From IMG/VR virus record IMGVR_UViG_3300045988_156465: 64,000 bases of DNA; one strand, written 5' to 3'. A program made the position numbers and the translations under genes. Below are positions 1 through 8,365 of this stretch, in pieces. This stretch comes from a virus. The notes under the pieces were generated by a model. The model ran no database searches and was not told the DNA's origin. It saw only the letters and a list, made by a program, of their open reading frames with translations. Numbering within the stretch: position 1 is the first letter of the stretch; each line of letters opens with the position of its first letter.

Positions 1-178
1 CTTCGTATGCCGCATGAAGTTCGTCAAAGACTTCTTTTGCGCGTTCTATAGTTTTGTATGAGCCAAGCAAGGCGGCTGTTTTTCCCATGTCTCCAATAAT
101 TTCGTTCCGCTCGTTGATATAGATATAGCATCCATATTCATCAACAGAACCCTTTCCTCTCTGGCTAATAATTCTCAT
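1..178 (-). CDS. Small hypothetical protein, 3'-truncated by the window edge; paralogue of 16872..17147
   Basis: ATG at 178 is preceded by AAGGAG. The translation MRIISQRGKGSVDEYGCYIYINERNEIIGDMGK... aligns with MRIISQGGKIDLPYEQ... of 16872..17147. Confidence 0.5.
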   Translation of the reverse strand, partial: MRIISQRGKGSVDEYGCYIYINERNEIIGDMGKTAALLGSYKTIERAKEVFDELHAAYE

Positions 179-183
179 GTCAT

Positions 184-333
184 TCACTCCTTCGGCTCAA
201 AATAATCACAGCCATAATCATATTCCGTGTAATCAGTGTAATATTCACTATCCTCGTTATTGCAGGTAAAAAGCAACTCATGGTCTACACTGGCATATCT
301 GCACTTACCGCAACATTCTTTTTCATCGTACAT
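184..333 (-). CDS. 49-aa Cys-rich small protein
   Basis: ORF below the track cutoff: MYDEKECCGKCRYASVDHELLFTCNNEDSEYYTDYTEYDYGCDYFEPKE. Its stop codon overlaps the SD of the next gene. Confidence 0.35.
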   Translation of the reverse strand: MYDEKECCGKCRYASVDHELLFTCNNEDSEYYTDYTEYDYGCDYFEPKE

Positions 334-349
334 TTGTGACACCGCCTAC

Positions 350-613
350 TTACTCTTTCAAAGTGTAATCTTCGCAGTTATTATTGAGTCTGCAATAATA
401 GCCTACATAACCTATCCTTCCGTAATTTTCCCGTTCCTCAACAATGCAATATTCGCAGTCAATACAGGTTGTATTTGGATGATACTTTGGTCTTGTAGGA
501 GATTTTAATTCCTCAATCTCCTTTTTCAGATTTTCGATTGTACGGTCTCGCACATCGACATCGAATTCTAAATCCTTAATTCTTCTAAATGGGTTCCAAA
601 ACATTTTTATCAC
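350..613 (-). CDS. Hypothetical protein with a Cys-rich C-terminal half
   Basis: 87-aa ORF in the same leftward operon as 858..1481. CxxC...C motifs (CIDCEYC). Confidence 0.4.
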   Translation of the reverse strand: MIKMFWNPFRRIKDLEFDVDVRDRTIENLKKEIEELKSPTRPKYHPNTTCIDCEYCIVEERENYGRIGYVGYYCRLNNNCEDYTLKE

Positions 614-857
614 TCCTTTGTGCAGATGGGGGCTTTTTGTTTTTGAGGATATTTATGGGACTAAGTAGGGGCTTTTTCTACTCCTATCCAGACCCCCACC
701 CCCGTCCATTTTCAACGGCGGAATCATCCAAGCCGCAACAACCGCTGTTCATCCGCATTGACTATAATTTTCTGTATTTATTCGCAAAATGATAGTTATG
801 CGAATAGTTTTGAATCAATATCTTGTGTCAAGCATTTATTTTAAACTAGATATTGAT

Positions 858-1481
858 TTATTCGTTTCCGCTGTCCGTCAATCTGTCTGCATCTTGTGCA
901 ATTTCAACAGTTTTAACCTCGTTTAGTCTTGGAAGTTCGGCAGCTGATAGGGCGGTGCGATGTCTGTTAGCATCTGGCGCATATGGGCTGTTCCAACCGT
1001 AAAAGTGATTTAGGATTGCGATAACGCCTACAGGGTTCTGCTTTCCTGTGGCTAGTTTGCCCGATAAACTCTCAAGCCTTACATCTACTAGCTTTTTGTA
1101 AATTTTGAAAGCTTTATCACTTAGTTTTTTATTACCATTTCCCCATTCTTTTATTGCATCTCTACTTATCCCTGTTAAAAAACTAAAGCCATTGATAGAT
1201 ACTTCTTTATCGTTCATCAGGGATAAATAAATATATATATCGCAGATATGGTCTACAAGCTCATAGTCATAGGCATTACAATTGCTCATTGCTCCTATAC
1301 CATTCTTGAATAAAATACTAGATTTTAACTGTTTAACATCTGGGAATACAATTTTTTTAATATACATCAAGGCGGCATTCCAGACGCTCTGGGATTCCTT
1401 GGACATGTCTGTAATTCCCTTTTCGGCACAGAATGAATCTAGACACGCCTCGATTTCTGAATCATAAATTTTATTTTCCAT
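858..1481 (-). CDS. Terminase small subunit-like protein
   Basis: Strong SD GGAAGGAGG. The segment GFSFLTGISRDAIKEWG (HTH-like) followed by GKQNPVGVIAILNHFYGWN resembles the conserved C-terminal motif of Firmicutes TerS families. Confidence 0.5.
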   Translation of the reverse strand: MENKIYDSEIEACLDSFCAEKGITDMSKESQSVWNAALMYIKKIVFPDVKQLKSSILFKNGIGAMSNCNAYDYELVDHICDIYIYLSLMNDKEVSINGFSFLTGISRDAIKEWGNGNKKLSDKAFKIYKKLVDVRLESLSGKLATGKQNPVGVIAILNHFYGWNSPYAPDANRHRTALSAAELPRLNEVKTVEIAQDADRLTDSGNE

Positions 1482-1515
1482 GCTCCGCGCCTCCTTCCTC
1501 GTTCCTGCTGCGGTA

Positions 1516-1559
1516 AATTAAAAAAGCCGCAGAAAAAGATTTTACTCTCATTCTGCGGC
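1516..1559 (-). terminator. Intrinsic terminator immediately upstream of the terS-like gene
   Basis: On the minus strand: GCCGCAG, a 20-nt loop, CTGCGGC, then TTTTTT. Only 34 nt, which include the SD, separate it from the ATG at 1481. Confidence 0.6.
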
Positions 1560-1668
1560 GTGTTGGTATCTTAATCAATAATTGGGGTGCCGTCCTTGCC
1601 GTTCAGGTCATCCAGGGCAACGGCGTTAGCTAGATGCCTTTTAAATTCAATTTTCTTTCTTGTGGGAT

Positions 1669-1697
1669 ATGATACAAAAATTTAATCATTCTGTCAA
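1669..1697 (-). promoter_or_regulatory. Sigma-A-like promoter facing the terS-like gene
   Basis: Minus strand: TTGACA (1697..1692), 17-nt spacer, TATCAT (1674..1669). Confidence 0.5.
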
Positions 1698-1780
1698 TAG
1701 GGAATTTTATTTTTTATGATTTAATCGGTTTCTGTATTTGTTTTAAGATTTAATATATTACTACGTACTTAAATTCTTTT

Positions 1781-1850
1781 TTAGATTTCATTCTTGAATA
1801 TATTAGATTTCATTGGTTTTACTGTATGAAGTAAGATACTAGATTACATT
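1781..1850. repeat. Three direct 12-bp repeats upstream of the leftward promoter
   Basis: TTAGATTTCATT at 1781 and 1803; CTAGATTACATT at 1839. Confidence 0.6.
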
Positions 1851-1916
1851 CTTTTTAACCCCTTACAGATACAGATGCTTGTATGGGGTATCGTGCATCT
1901 TTCAAAAGCTATCTTC

Positions 1917-2168
1917 TTAACCTAGTTTTTTGAGCCTTTCTATTATGTCAGAATCTTCTTTTTCATCCAGCTTGTATGTGATTAAATGTTCTGGCTTCAT
2001 GTTCAGAATGATGCAAATTTTGTTAAGAGATTTCATGCTTATATTTGCATCGTTTTTCTTGATTTTCCGCCATGTGTCGACAGATAACAATCCATTTTTT
2101 ACAGCCGTGTAAGAAGTAACCCCGGCGGATTCTAATGCAGCTGCAACGTCAAATTTAAATACAATCAT
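1917..2168 (-). CDS. XRE/Cro-type HTH regulator
   Basis: Start at 2168 follows GAAGGAGG. MIVFKFDVAAALESAGVTSYTAVKNGLLSVDTWRKIKK...ISMKSLNKICIILNMKPEHLI is a typical short HTH_XRE pattern. Confidence 0.65.
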   Translation of the reverse strand: MIVFKFDVAAALESAGVTSYTAVKNGLLSVDTWRKIKKNDANISMKSLNKICIILNMKPEHLITYKLDEKEDSDIIERLKKLG

Positions 2169-2232
2169 TTTAATAACCTCCTTCGTTTTTCCTATTCTCA
2201 ATTATACGAATTCCACCGCAAAAAATCAAGAT

Positions 2233-2288
2233 AAGATATCTTTAAAAAGATATCTTCCTAAAATATTAAATCTTTTCAAAGATATCTT
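2233..2288. promoter_or_regulatory. Three copies of the perfect palindrome AAGATATCTT (operator set)
   Basis: Copies at 2233-2242, 2247-2256 and 2279-2288, in the region upstream of the XRE gene 1917..2168. Confidence 0.6.
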
Positions 2289-2347
2289 TACAAAGATAAA
2301 TAAATGGTAAAATATGGAAAAATAACCGCCATTTCTGGCGGTCGGAT

Positions 2348-2887
2348 TTACAATGTTTCTAATCTCGCTCTGGTGAGCATTTCGGCGCGTTTCTTTTCCT
2401 TTTCTGCGGTCTCCATTGCCATAAGCTGGGCATAGGTGGCGGCATATTCGGGATTAGCTAGCAGCTTGCGCCGCTCCTGCTCCTCCTGTTCTTTCCGCTC
2501 CTGTCTTTCTTCCTCCTGTCTGATTTCGTCTGTTTTCCTGTTATCAAACATGGCTTGGATATCCTCGATTGTTAGCGGTTTTAAGCCGTTTTCGGGCGTT
2601 CTGACGGGCGTTTCCGCATCGGGTATGGGATTGGTCGGTTCTGACGTTTCCGGCTCTACAGGGGCAATCTCCGCTGCTTCTGTATCTGGTGTAGTGTCTG
2701 CTACTTTTGTAGATTCTTCACCGTTCAGATTGTCTAATACGCATTTAACAATAAATCCGTTCAGACTGTCCCCTGCGGCGTTCCTGATTCGTTCTTCGTC
2801 CTCCTTTTTGAATCTGACAAGGGTTTTAAAATAGTTGTTCTTTTCATATTTTGCGGTTGCCCTTATGTGGGCTTTACTTGTAGCCAT
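2348..2887 (-). CDS. Ribbon-helix-helix-like DNA-binding protein with an acidic/coiled-coil C-terminal extension
   Basis: The N-terminal KTLVRFKKEDEERIRNAAGDSLNGFIVKCVLDNL fits a beta-strand/helix/helix RHH pattern. The C-terminus is E/R/K-rich. Confidence 0.45.
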   Translation of the reverse strand: MATSKAHIRATAKYEKNNYFKTLVRFKKEDEERIRNAAGDSLNGFIVKCVLDNLNGEESTKVADTTPDTEAAEIAPVEPETSEPTNPIPDAETPVRTPENGLKPLTIEDIQAMFDNRKTDEIRQEEERQERKEQEEQERRKLLANPEYAATYAQLMAMETAEKEKKRAEMLTRARLETL

Positions 2888-2905
2888 CTCGTAACCTCCT
2901 TTATT

Positions 2906-3095
2906 GTTATCGTGTTATTTATTATAACGATATCATAATGATGCTATCGTGTCAATATATTCATGTTATCGTGTTAATGCTATCGTTATAAATATATAGT
3001 GTTATCGGTATATAATTTGCACAATGAATATATAGCGTTATCGTGTTATTTTGGCTACTATTCCGTATTGAAATTATAACACGTTAGCGTTATAA
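2906..3095. repeat. Iteron/operator array built on a TATCG core (GTTATCGTGTTA and variants, both orientations)
   Basis: Exact GTTATCGTGTTA at 2906, 2965 and 3037. Variants at 2925 (inverted), 2943, 2979, 3001 and 3077-3095. Confidence 0.7.
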
Positions 3096-3096
3096 T
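3068..3096 (+). promoter_or_regulatory. Promoter of the rightward 3145 operon, overlapped by iterons
   Basis: TTGAAA (3068), 17-nt spacer, TATAAT (3091). The spacer contains ATAACACGTTAGCGTTA. Confidence 0.6.
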
Positions 3097-3144
3097 ATAC
3101 TCAAGAAGTTAAGAAAACAGCAAAACAAAAGGAGGAAATCAAAA

Positions 3145-3522
3145 ATGAAAGAATTTGAAATCATCGGCAACACAGTTATTAGTAGAGCATTTAAAGAGGA
3201 TGTTTTTCAAATTGTTGAAAGAATCCCGGAAATGTTTTTTGTCTGGAACATCGGGGAAAACATGAAATCTGCGGAATGGATTCCGCTGTGTGAGGCTCTC
3301 CATCCGGGAGATAAAGACGATTACAGTATCAATCCGGACACGTTAAAAGCCATTAATCTTCCAGAAAATGAAGTAAAGCTTTTAAGGGATGCGGCGGATT
3401 TCGGTATTAACAGTCTTGCAACCGCAGAAAAAGCACTCAAGAGCCGCAGACGTGGTTACATGAGCGACAGAAAAAGAGAACAAGCGAAAAAAGTAATTGA
3501 TATTTTTCGTAGAATCTCATAA
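3145..3522 (+). CDS. Hypothetical early protein
   Basis: 125-aa ORF with SD AAAGGAGGAAA; no motif recognised. Confidence 0.5.
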   Translation: MKEFEIIGNTVISRAFKEDVFQIVERIPEMFFVWNIGENMKSAEWIPLCEALHPGDKDDYSINPDTLKAINLPENEVKLLRDAADFGINSLATAEKALKSRRRGYMSDRKREQAKKVIDIFRRIS

Positions 3523-3603
3523 GCCGAAACGGTCAGAAATGACCGTCAGCCGTGGGATAGTCTCCCGGCTCTGATGATGGCAGACGAAAAAGGAGAAATG
3601 AAA

Positions 3604-3879
3604 ATGACAAAGAAAGATTTAATGAAAGAATTTAACGAATTACAGGAAGAAAAGAAATGCAGAATCGAAGGTATTTACTGGAATAGTAATAAAAGCAGCA
3701 TCCAAAATGCGATTAACTGCTTAAAATGTTCTGATGAAATGCTTGAAAAATATTTAATCGTTGTCAGTCTTAAATATGAAAATATCGGGGAAAGGATAAA
3801 AAGCAATGGAGATTTTAAGCACCATCCGCACAACAGGCTTTATGTTTTTAACACCGCAAGGGCAATTTTAGCCGATTAA
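3604..3879 (+). CDS. Hypothetical early protein
   Basis: The ATG at 3604 has the best spacing from AAAGGAG; the ORF track's longer start at 3574 is less likely. Confidence 0.5.
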   Translation: MTKKDLMKEFNELQEEKKCRIEGIYWNSNKSSIQNAINCLKCSDEMLEKYLIVVSLKYENIGERIKSNGDFKHHPHNRLYVFNTARAILAD

Positions 3880-3982
3880 GTCGAAACCGCCTTCTGGCGG
3901 TCTTGGGTAGGGCGGCAACCTTCCAACTGATGAGACAAGCCAAAGAAAAAAGGAACATGAGAAAAAGAAAGGAAAGATAAGA

Positions 3983-4348
3983 ATGAAAAAATTTGAATTG
4001 TTTATGTGCTGTTTGGGAAATGGAATCACTGTTTGCGATAAGGCAGTAGAAGAAAACGGAGATTATAAAAGTGTTGCCCATATTGCAAATTGTGGAAAAA
4101 TCACATGGTATGTCAATCCTGAAAGATACATACCATCCGATGCGCTATTAAAAATTGAGCATACGGCTAATGTGCAGCATGAAAAATGGGAACAGTGGTT
4201 AAACTCTATGCCGGAGATAAAACAGTATGAAAAACTGTTAAATGCTGTTCCGTTGAATGTAATGCTTTATGCAATGGACTTAGGCGGCGGATTGGAAAGA
4301 AAAATTCATTACCTAAAGAAAGTGTGTTATGAAAAGGCGTACTTTTAA
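3983..4348 (+). CDS. Hypothetical early protein
   Basis: 121-aa ORF, co-oriented with its neighbours; purine-rich SD. Confidence 0.5.
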   Translation: MKKFELFMCCLGNGITVCDKAVEENGDYKSVAHIANCGKITWYVNPERYIPSDALLKIEHTANVQHEKWEQWLNSMPEIKQYEKLLNAVPLNVMLYAMDLGGGLERKIHYLKKVCYEKAYF

Positions 4349-4413
4349 CAAAAAGGAATCCGCAGGGCTTGACGTTCTGCGGATTGGCTGTGTAGAAAAG
4401 GAGAGATAACCGA

Positions 4414-4704
4414 ATGAAAAAAGAAAAGTTTTTCGCAGTCCGTCAGCTTGCAGGGCAAAAAAAGGAGCGTGTGCTTGCGGAAGGGTACAGGGTGGAGCGC
4501 GGAGAATTTGTTTTTTATATCTGCGGCTCTGGTGGCTCTTGGAGCGTGACAGAAGCAAAAAGCGGTATGTTAATAGGTGTTTACGGAAAAACCCGAAAAG
4601 AATGTATAGAAAAATTACAGGCGTTCGACCTGTCAAGGCTTGAAAAATTCGACCTTGAGAAGCTGAATAAGGAAATGCTTTCTCTGCCCCTCTGCGGCTT
4701 GTGA
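4414..4704 (+). CDS. Hypothetical early protein
   Basis: 96-aa ORF with SD AAAAGGAGAG, followed by a hairpin and T-run near 4686-4724. Confidence 0.5.
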   Translation: MKKEKFFAVRQLAGQKKERVLAEGYRVERGEFVFYICGSGGSWSVTEAKSGMLIGVYGKTRKECIEKLQAFDLSRLEKFDLEKLNKEMLSLPLCGL

Positions 4705-4826
4705 GAGGGCGCTTTCTTTTTTTTGGCGGTTAATCGGTCAAGTGAAATAAAAAGGCGGCTTATAGGGGCGAATATAGGGCGAAAATGCATATTGAAAATG
4801 TTTTCTGTTTTTGGTATTATAAAAAT

Positions 4827-4886
4827 GATTAAGATTTCCCAGTGGATAAAAGTGAGAAATGGCACTGCTTTATGCGGTGCTTTTTT
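4827..4886 (+). ncRNA. Candidate ~60-nt small RNA (promoter-terminator unit without an SD)
   Basis: TTGAAA (4792), 17 nt, then TGgTATTAT (4812-4820). Terminator GCACUGC/GCGGUGC plus U6 at 4862-4886. No ribosome-binding site in between. Confidence 0.3.
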
Positions 4887-5035
4887 CTTTGCCAAAAATA
4901 GGGCGAAAAATTTTTTGAAAGCAGAACCCCAAAAACCCACCAAAAAGGCAAAATATTCACAAAAAGACAAAAAATATTGCAAAAAAATTGTTAGTGTTAT
5001 ATGATGGAAGGACAAAACAAAAAGGAGGGTTTTAT

Positions 5036-5881
5036 ATGAAATTTCAAAGATTAAAAGACATGGTTTGCGGTGCTGTGATTGCATCAATGGTCTTGTGTTC
5101 TGGTACGGTGGCATTTGCTAAGGTGGCAAACACAAGTATCCCTGTGTCATTTAGCAATATCAAGATTATTGTCGATGGGAAACAGCTTTCCACAAACAAA
5201 GAGCCTTTCACCTACAACGGAACAACCTATCTACCTGTTAGGGCGGTAGCCGAAGCGGTTGGTAAAGATGTTACATGGGATGGCGCAACAAAAACGGTTT
5301 ATCTTGGCGAAAAGCCGCAGAATGCCGCGCAAACAACAAACAATCAGACGAAAGAATTAAGCGCAAAAGAATACTATTATGAGAAGTACGGTTCTTTTTA
5401 TTATGACCTTCTTGTAACAAATAATTCTCCCGATGCGCTGAGGATTGAAAGCAATGTAGTTGCAAAGGATGCGGCAGGAAATTCTATCGGGGCAAAGTCT
5501 GATTCTGCTCCTGTTGTCGGCAGTGGAGAAACAGCTATCTTGACACATATTTTTGATAGTGTTCCTGCAAAAACAACATATACATTAAAAACAGAAAAAG
5601 AAACATATTTCAAATCTGCAACCGCAGATTTGAAAACAACTTCCTCCAAAGCAGGGGATAAGGTTCTTGTTGCTGCTACAAACTTAGGAAACTATGATAT
5701 GGAATTTGTAAAGGCAACTGTATTTTTCTTCAAAAATGGGAAAGTAGTTGGTTCTGATTACAAATATTTAGACGATAATAGCTACAAACTGAGCGCAGGC
5801 GGAACAGTTACGGAAGAATTTGAGCTATTCCCAGAAAATGAATTTGATAAGTATGAGGTATACGTTGAAGCGAGAAAATAA
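5036..5881 (+). CDS. Secreted protein with a copper-amine-oxidase-N-like (stalk) domain
   Basis: Signal peptide MKFQRLKDMVCGAVIASMVLCSGTVAFA. VDGKQLSTNKEPFTYNGTTYLPVRAVAEAVGKDVTWDGATKTVYLG matches the Cu_amine_oxidN1-type repeat. Confidence 0.6.
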   Translation: MKFQRLKDMVCGAVIASMVLCSGTVAFAKVANTSIPVSFSNIKIIVDGKQLSTNKEPFTYNGTTYLPVRAVAEAVGKDVTWDGATKTVYLGEKPQNAAQTTNNQTKELSAKEYYYEKYGSFYYDLLVTNNSPDALRIESNVVAKDAAGNSIGAKSDSAPVVGSGETAILTHIFDSVPAKTTYTLKTEKETYFKSATADLKTTSSKAGDKVLVAATNLGNYDMEFVKATVFFFKNGKVVGSDYKYLDDNSYKLSAGGTVTEEFELFPENEFDKYEVYVEARK

Positions 5882-5901
5882 TATTGAAAAGGAGTTTAAC
5901 C

Positions 5902-6462
5902 ATGGAAAACAAAGAAAATGAAGTAAAAAAGTGCAAACATTGCCAGTCAGATATTCCGAAAAAAGCTAAGATTTGCCCGAATTGTCGGAAAAAGCAAGGC
6001 GGTAAGTTGAAATTTATTATTGCATGGATTTTTTTAATTATTATTGCGATTGCTTCGATTGGCGGCGGAGATGGTTCAGGGAAAAAAGACGATTCAGAAA
6101 ATATTTCGCCTGAGCAGTACAAGTCTGAGTGCATAGATGTTTCCTATGATGATTTGGCAAGGAAACCAGACGAATACGAAGGGCAGAAAGTGAAGTTCCG
6201 CGGACAAATTAGGCAGGTCGTGAAAGATTCTGACAGTAGCACTTCCGAATATTTGATTCCTGTTACGGAAGGTGATTACGGTTTATGGGATGATAATGTG
6301 TTTGTAAAGCTCAGCCCAGACAACAAGGATGGAAAATTCCTTGAAGATGATATTGTAACATTCTACGGCGAATCAGCAGGGGAGTATAAATATACAAGTA
6401 TTTTGGGGCAGTCTATAACAATCCCTTGTGTGAAAGCTGTTTACATGGAAATTACGGAATAA
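5902..6462 (+). CDS. Zinc-ribbon membrane protein (moron)
   Basis: CKHCQSDIPKKAKICPNCRKKQGG zinc ribbon, one TM segment (FIIAWIFLIIIAIASIGG), then an extracytoplasmic domain. Confidence 0.6.
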   Translation: MENKENEVKKCKHCQSDIPKKAKICPNCRKKQGGKLKFIIAWIFLIIIAIASIGGGDGSGKKDDSENISPEQYKSECIDVSYDDLARKPDEYEGQKVKFRGQIRQVVKDSDSSTSEYLIPVTEGDYGLWDDNVFVKLSPDNKDGKFLEDDIVTFYGESAGEYKYTSILGQSITIPCVKAVYMEITE

Positions 6463-6506
6463 GGATAGAATCAAAAAAGAAAAAGAATAAAAAGCAATAG
6501 AGAATG

Positions 6507-6534
6507 AGCATCGCAGAAAAGCGGTGCTTTTTCT
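6507..6534 (+). terminator. Intrinsic terminator after the moron pair
   Basis: AGCATCGC, 6-nt loop, GCGGTGCT, then a T-run. Confidence 0.5.
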
Positions 6535-6557
6535 TTTGGAAAATTTTAAGAAAACAC

Positions 6558-6601
6558 TTGACAAAATGTAATTACAAAGTTAAAATGAAAATGTAATTAC
6601 A
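6558..6601 (+). promoter_or_regulatory. Promoter with two TGTAATTACA operators
   Basis: TTGACA (6558), 17 nt, TAAAAT (6581). The repeat AAATGTAATTACAAA occurs twice, with palindromes at 6567-6576 and 6592-6601. Confidence 0.6.
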
Positions 6602-6623
6602 AATTGAAGGGTGGTGATGGAAA

Positions 6624-6800
6624 ATGTCGCCTAAGATGGGACAAAAGATAACGGATAATCCAAAAAACAAGTTAATTCAAGTTAGAATGGATAAGGAGAC
6701 GGTAGAAAAATTAGATTATTTAGCTGCTGAACAAAATTCTGACAGGTCTAAAATAATTAGGCAGGGGATTGAAATTCAGTACAACCAAAGAAACAAATAA
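6624..6800 (+). CDS. 58-aa ribbon-helix-helix (CopG/Arc-like) regulator
   Basis: ORF below the track cutoff. KLIQVRMDKETVEKLDYLAAEQNSDRSKIIRQGI fits the RHH pattern. Confidence 0.6.
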   Translation: MSPKMGQKITDNPKNKLIQVRMDKETVEKLDYLAAEQNSDRSKIIRQGIEIQYNQRNK

Positions 6801-6926
6801 AAAAAGGCGGTAACTGCCACAGACTACCAATCAATAACAGTTGCCACCGCACGCCATAAGGAGTGTATATAAAGTATAGCACTGTATACCTCCTTTTGGC
6901 AATAATAAATAAAGGAGGTTATCGAA

Positions 6927-7598
6927 ATGAATGACGTTATTACAATCGAAAACACCGAAATGCAAATCAGAGAGTACAACGGCGAAAGGGTTGTGACATT
7001 CAAAGACATTGATACGGTACATCAGAATAAAAGTGGAACAGCATATAGAAATTTCAATCGAAACAAAAAATATTTCGTAGAGGGCAAACATTTCTATGTT
7101 TTGAAAAAGCAAAATTCTAATGTGACAAATTGTCTTAATAGAAATATTGTTGTTCCGAATAAAGGGATAACGGTATTGACTGAAAGAGGGTGCTTATTGG
7201 TTGCAAAATCGTTTAATGACGCTCTATCTTGGAAAGTACAGGATATGCTTGTAGATGTATATTTCAAGGTCAGAGCGGTGCAGAAAGAGCCATATTACAA
7301 AGAACCGCTCGCAGAGGATTTCACGCCCAGAGTGCCGATTGTATCTGACTGGTACGAGAGGAACAAGGGCAGGATGTACCGACTTTGCAGAGACAGCGGA
7401 AACAGCCGCAGTTATCTGTATCATTGTATCTTGAATCGACTTTCCGAACGATACGATTTGAACGCAGCAAGGGAGATTTACAAGAACGAGGTCGGGAATT
7501 ATCCGGAATACCCGATTGATATTGTAAAATATTTCCCAGAGTTAGAACAGGATGCGGACAAAATCCTTGACCGTATCGAGCGAATGACCTACAGGTAA
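6927..7598 (+). CDS. ORF6N-domain antirepressor-like protein
   Basis: IENTEMQIREYNGERVVTFKDIDTVHQNKSGTAYRNFNRNKKYFVEGKHFYVL is the ORF6N/antirepressor N-terminal pattern. Paralogue at 9737. Confidence 0.65.
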   Translation: MNDVITIENTEMQIREYNGERVVTFKDIDTVHQNKSGTAYRNFNRNKKYFVEGKHFYVLKKQNSNVTNCLNRNIVVPNKGITVLTERGCLLVAKSFNDALSWKVQDMLVDVYFKVRAVQKEPYYKEPLAEDFTPRVPIVSDWYERNKGRMYRLCRDSGNSRSYLYHCILNRLSERYDLNAAREIYKNEVGNYPEYPIDIVKYFPELEQDADKILDRIERMTYR

Positions 7599-7632
7599 AA
7601 AAGGAAAGGGGGCTAATAAAAGCCCCTCAATC

Positions 7633-7947
7633 CTAAAATATTCGTTTCAATATGTAACGATTGCCGCCACAAGTGATGAGAGCCTTGGACAGCCCATCGT
7701 CAATAATTTCCGAATTGGAAATTTCCAGAACCTTTACCAGAGATATACCGACATTGTCGCAGATTCTAACGAACGTGGAAAGCCGCATATCTTCCGGTTC
7801 CTCATTGATGATATTATACATAGCCTTGTATGATAAATCGCACTGGATGGAAAGCTGCGCAACGCTCCACCCCTTTAGAAGCATCTCGCGGCATAACTCG
7901 GATTTAAGATTCGATATACATTGCCCCGGTTTTACCCCATAATTCAC
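7633..7947 (-). CDS. XRE-family HTH protein
   Basis: WSVAQLSIQCDLSYKAMYNIINEEPEDMRLSTFVRICDNVGISL is an HTH_XRE pattern. Confidence 0.6.
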   Translation of the reverse strand: MNYGVKPGQCISNLKSELCREMLLKGWSVAQLSIQCDLSYKAMYNIINEEPEDMRLSTFVRICDNVGISLVKVLEISNSEIIDDGLSKALITCGGNRYILKRIF

Positions 7948-8185
7948 ACACCTTTCTATTTTGTAGTCGAATGGAAAGTTTTGCTGAATGTTTGGTAGTC
8001 AACTGCAATGGAATCCTTCTCCCTTCTGGTATAATTAGCTTGTACCTAAAAAACAGGTACACCGCAGTTCTGGTTATTGGGCGGCGTTTGGATTGGCGTT
8101 CTCGCCGCCTAATATCTATTGTAAACCTTGAAAATAAAAAGTCTATAGCTAAAAATGTCGAAAATGTAGAAAGGGCGTATAAATT

Positions 8186-8317
8186 ATGTTAAGAAATGAA
8201 GAATGTACGGATAAAATGAGCCAATTTCGTGAAGAAATTATCGATTTAATATCTAAATTTGATGATGTGCGCCGCCTGAGGGCGATTCGTGCATATCTCA
8301 GAGCACTGTTAGGATGA
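8186..8317 (+). CDS. 43-aa hypothetical peptide
   Basis: Short ORF downstream of an extended -10 (TGgTATAAT, 8027-8035) and two leader hairpins. Support is weak. Confidence 0.25.
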   Translation: MLRNEECTDKMSQFREEIIDLISKFDDVRRLRAIRAYLRALLG

Positions 8318-8327
8318 TAAAAAAGAG

Positions 8328-8365
8328 AAAGTCAATGGATTGCGCATTTCCATTGACTTTTTTTA
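8328..8365. terminator. Bidirectional intrinsic terminator
   Basis: GTCAATGGA (8331-8339) pairs with TCCATTGAC (8349-8357), flanked by an A-run and a T-run, between convergent genes. Confidence 0.6.

Noticed and set aside
2906-3095. CRISPR or mini-array interpretation of the TATCG repeats
   Set aside because: The units are only 12 bp, irregularly spaced and in both orientations, and they overlap a promoter. This is consistent with protein-binding iterons, not CRISPR.
4723-5004. 93-aa Lys-rich ORF
   Set aside because: It has no SD and low-complexity A-rich coding. The region is better explained by a promoter-terminator sRNA unit and the promoter of the 5036 gene.
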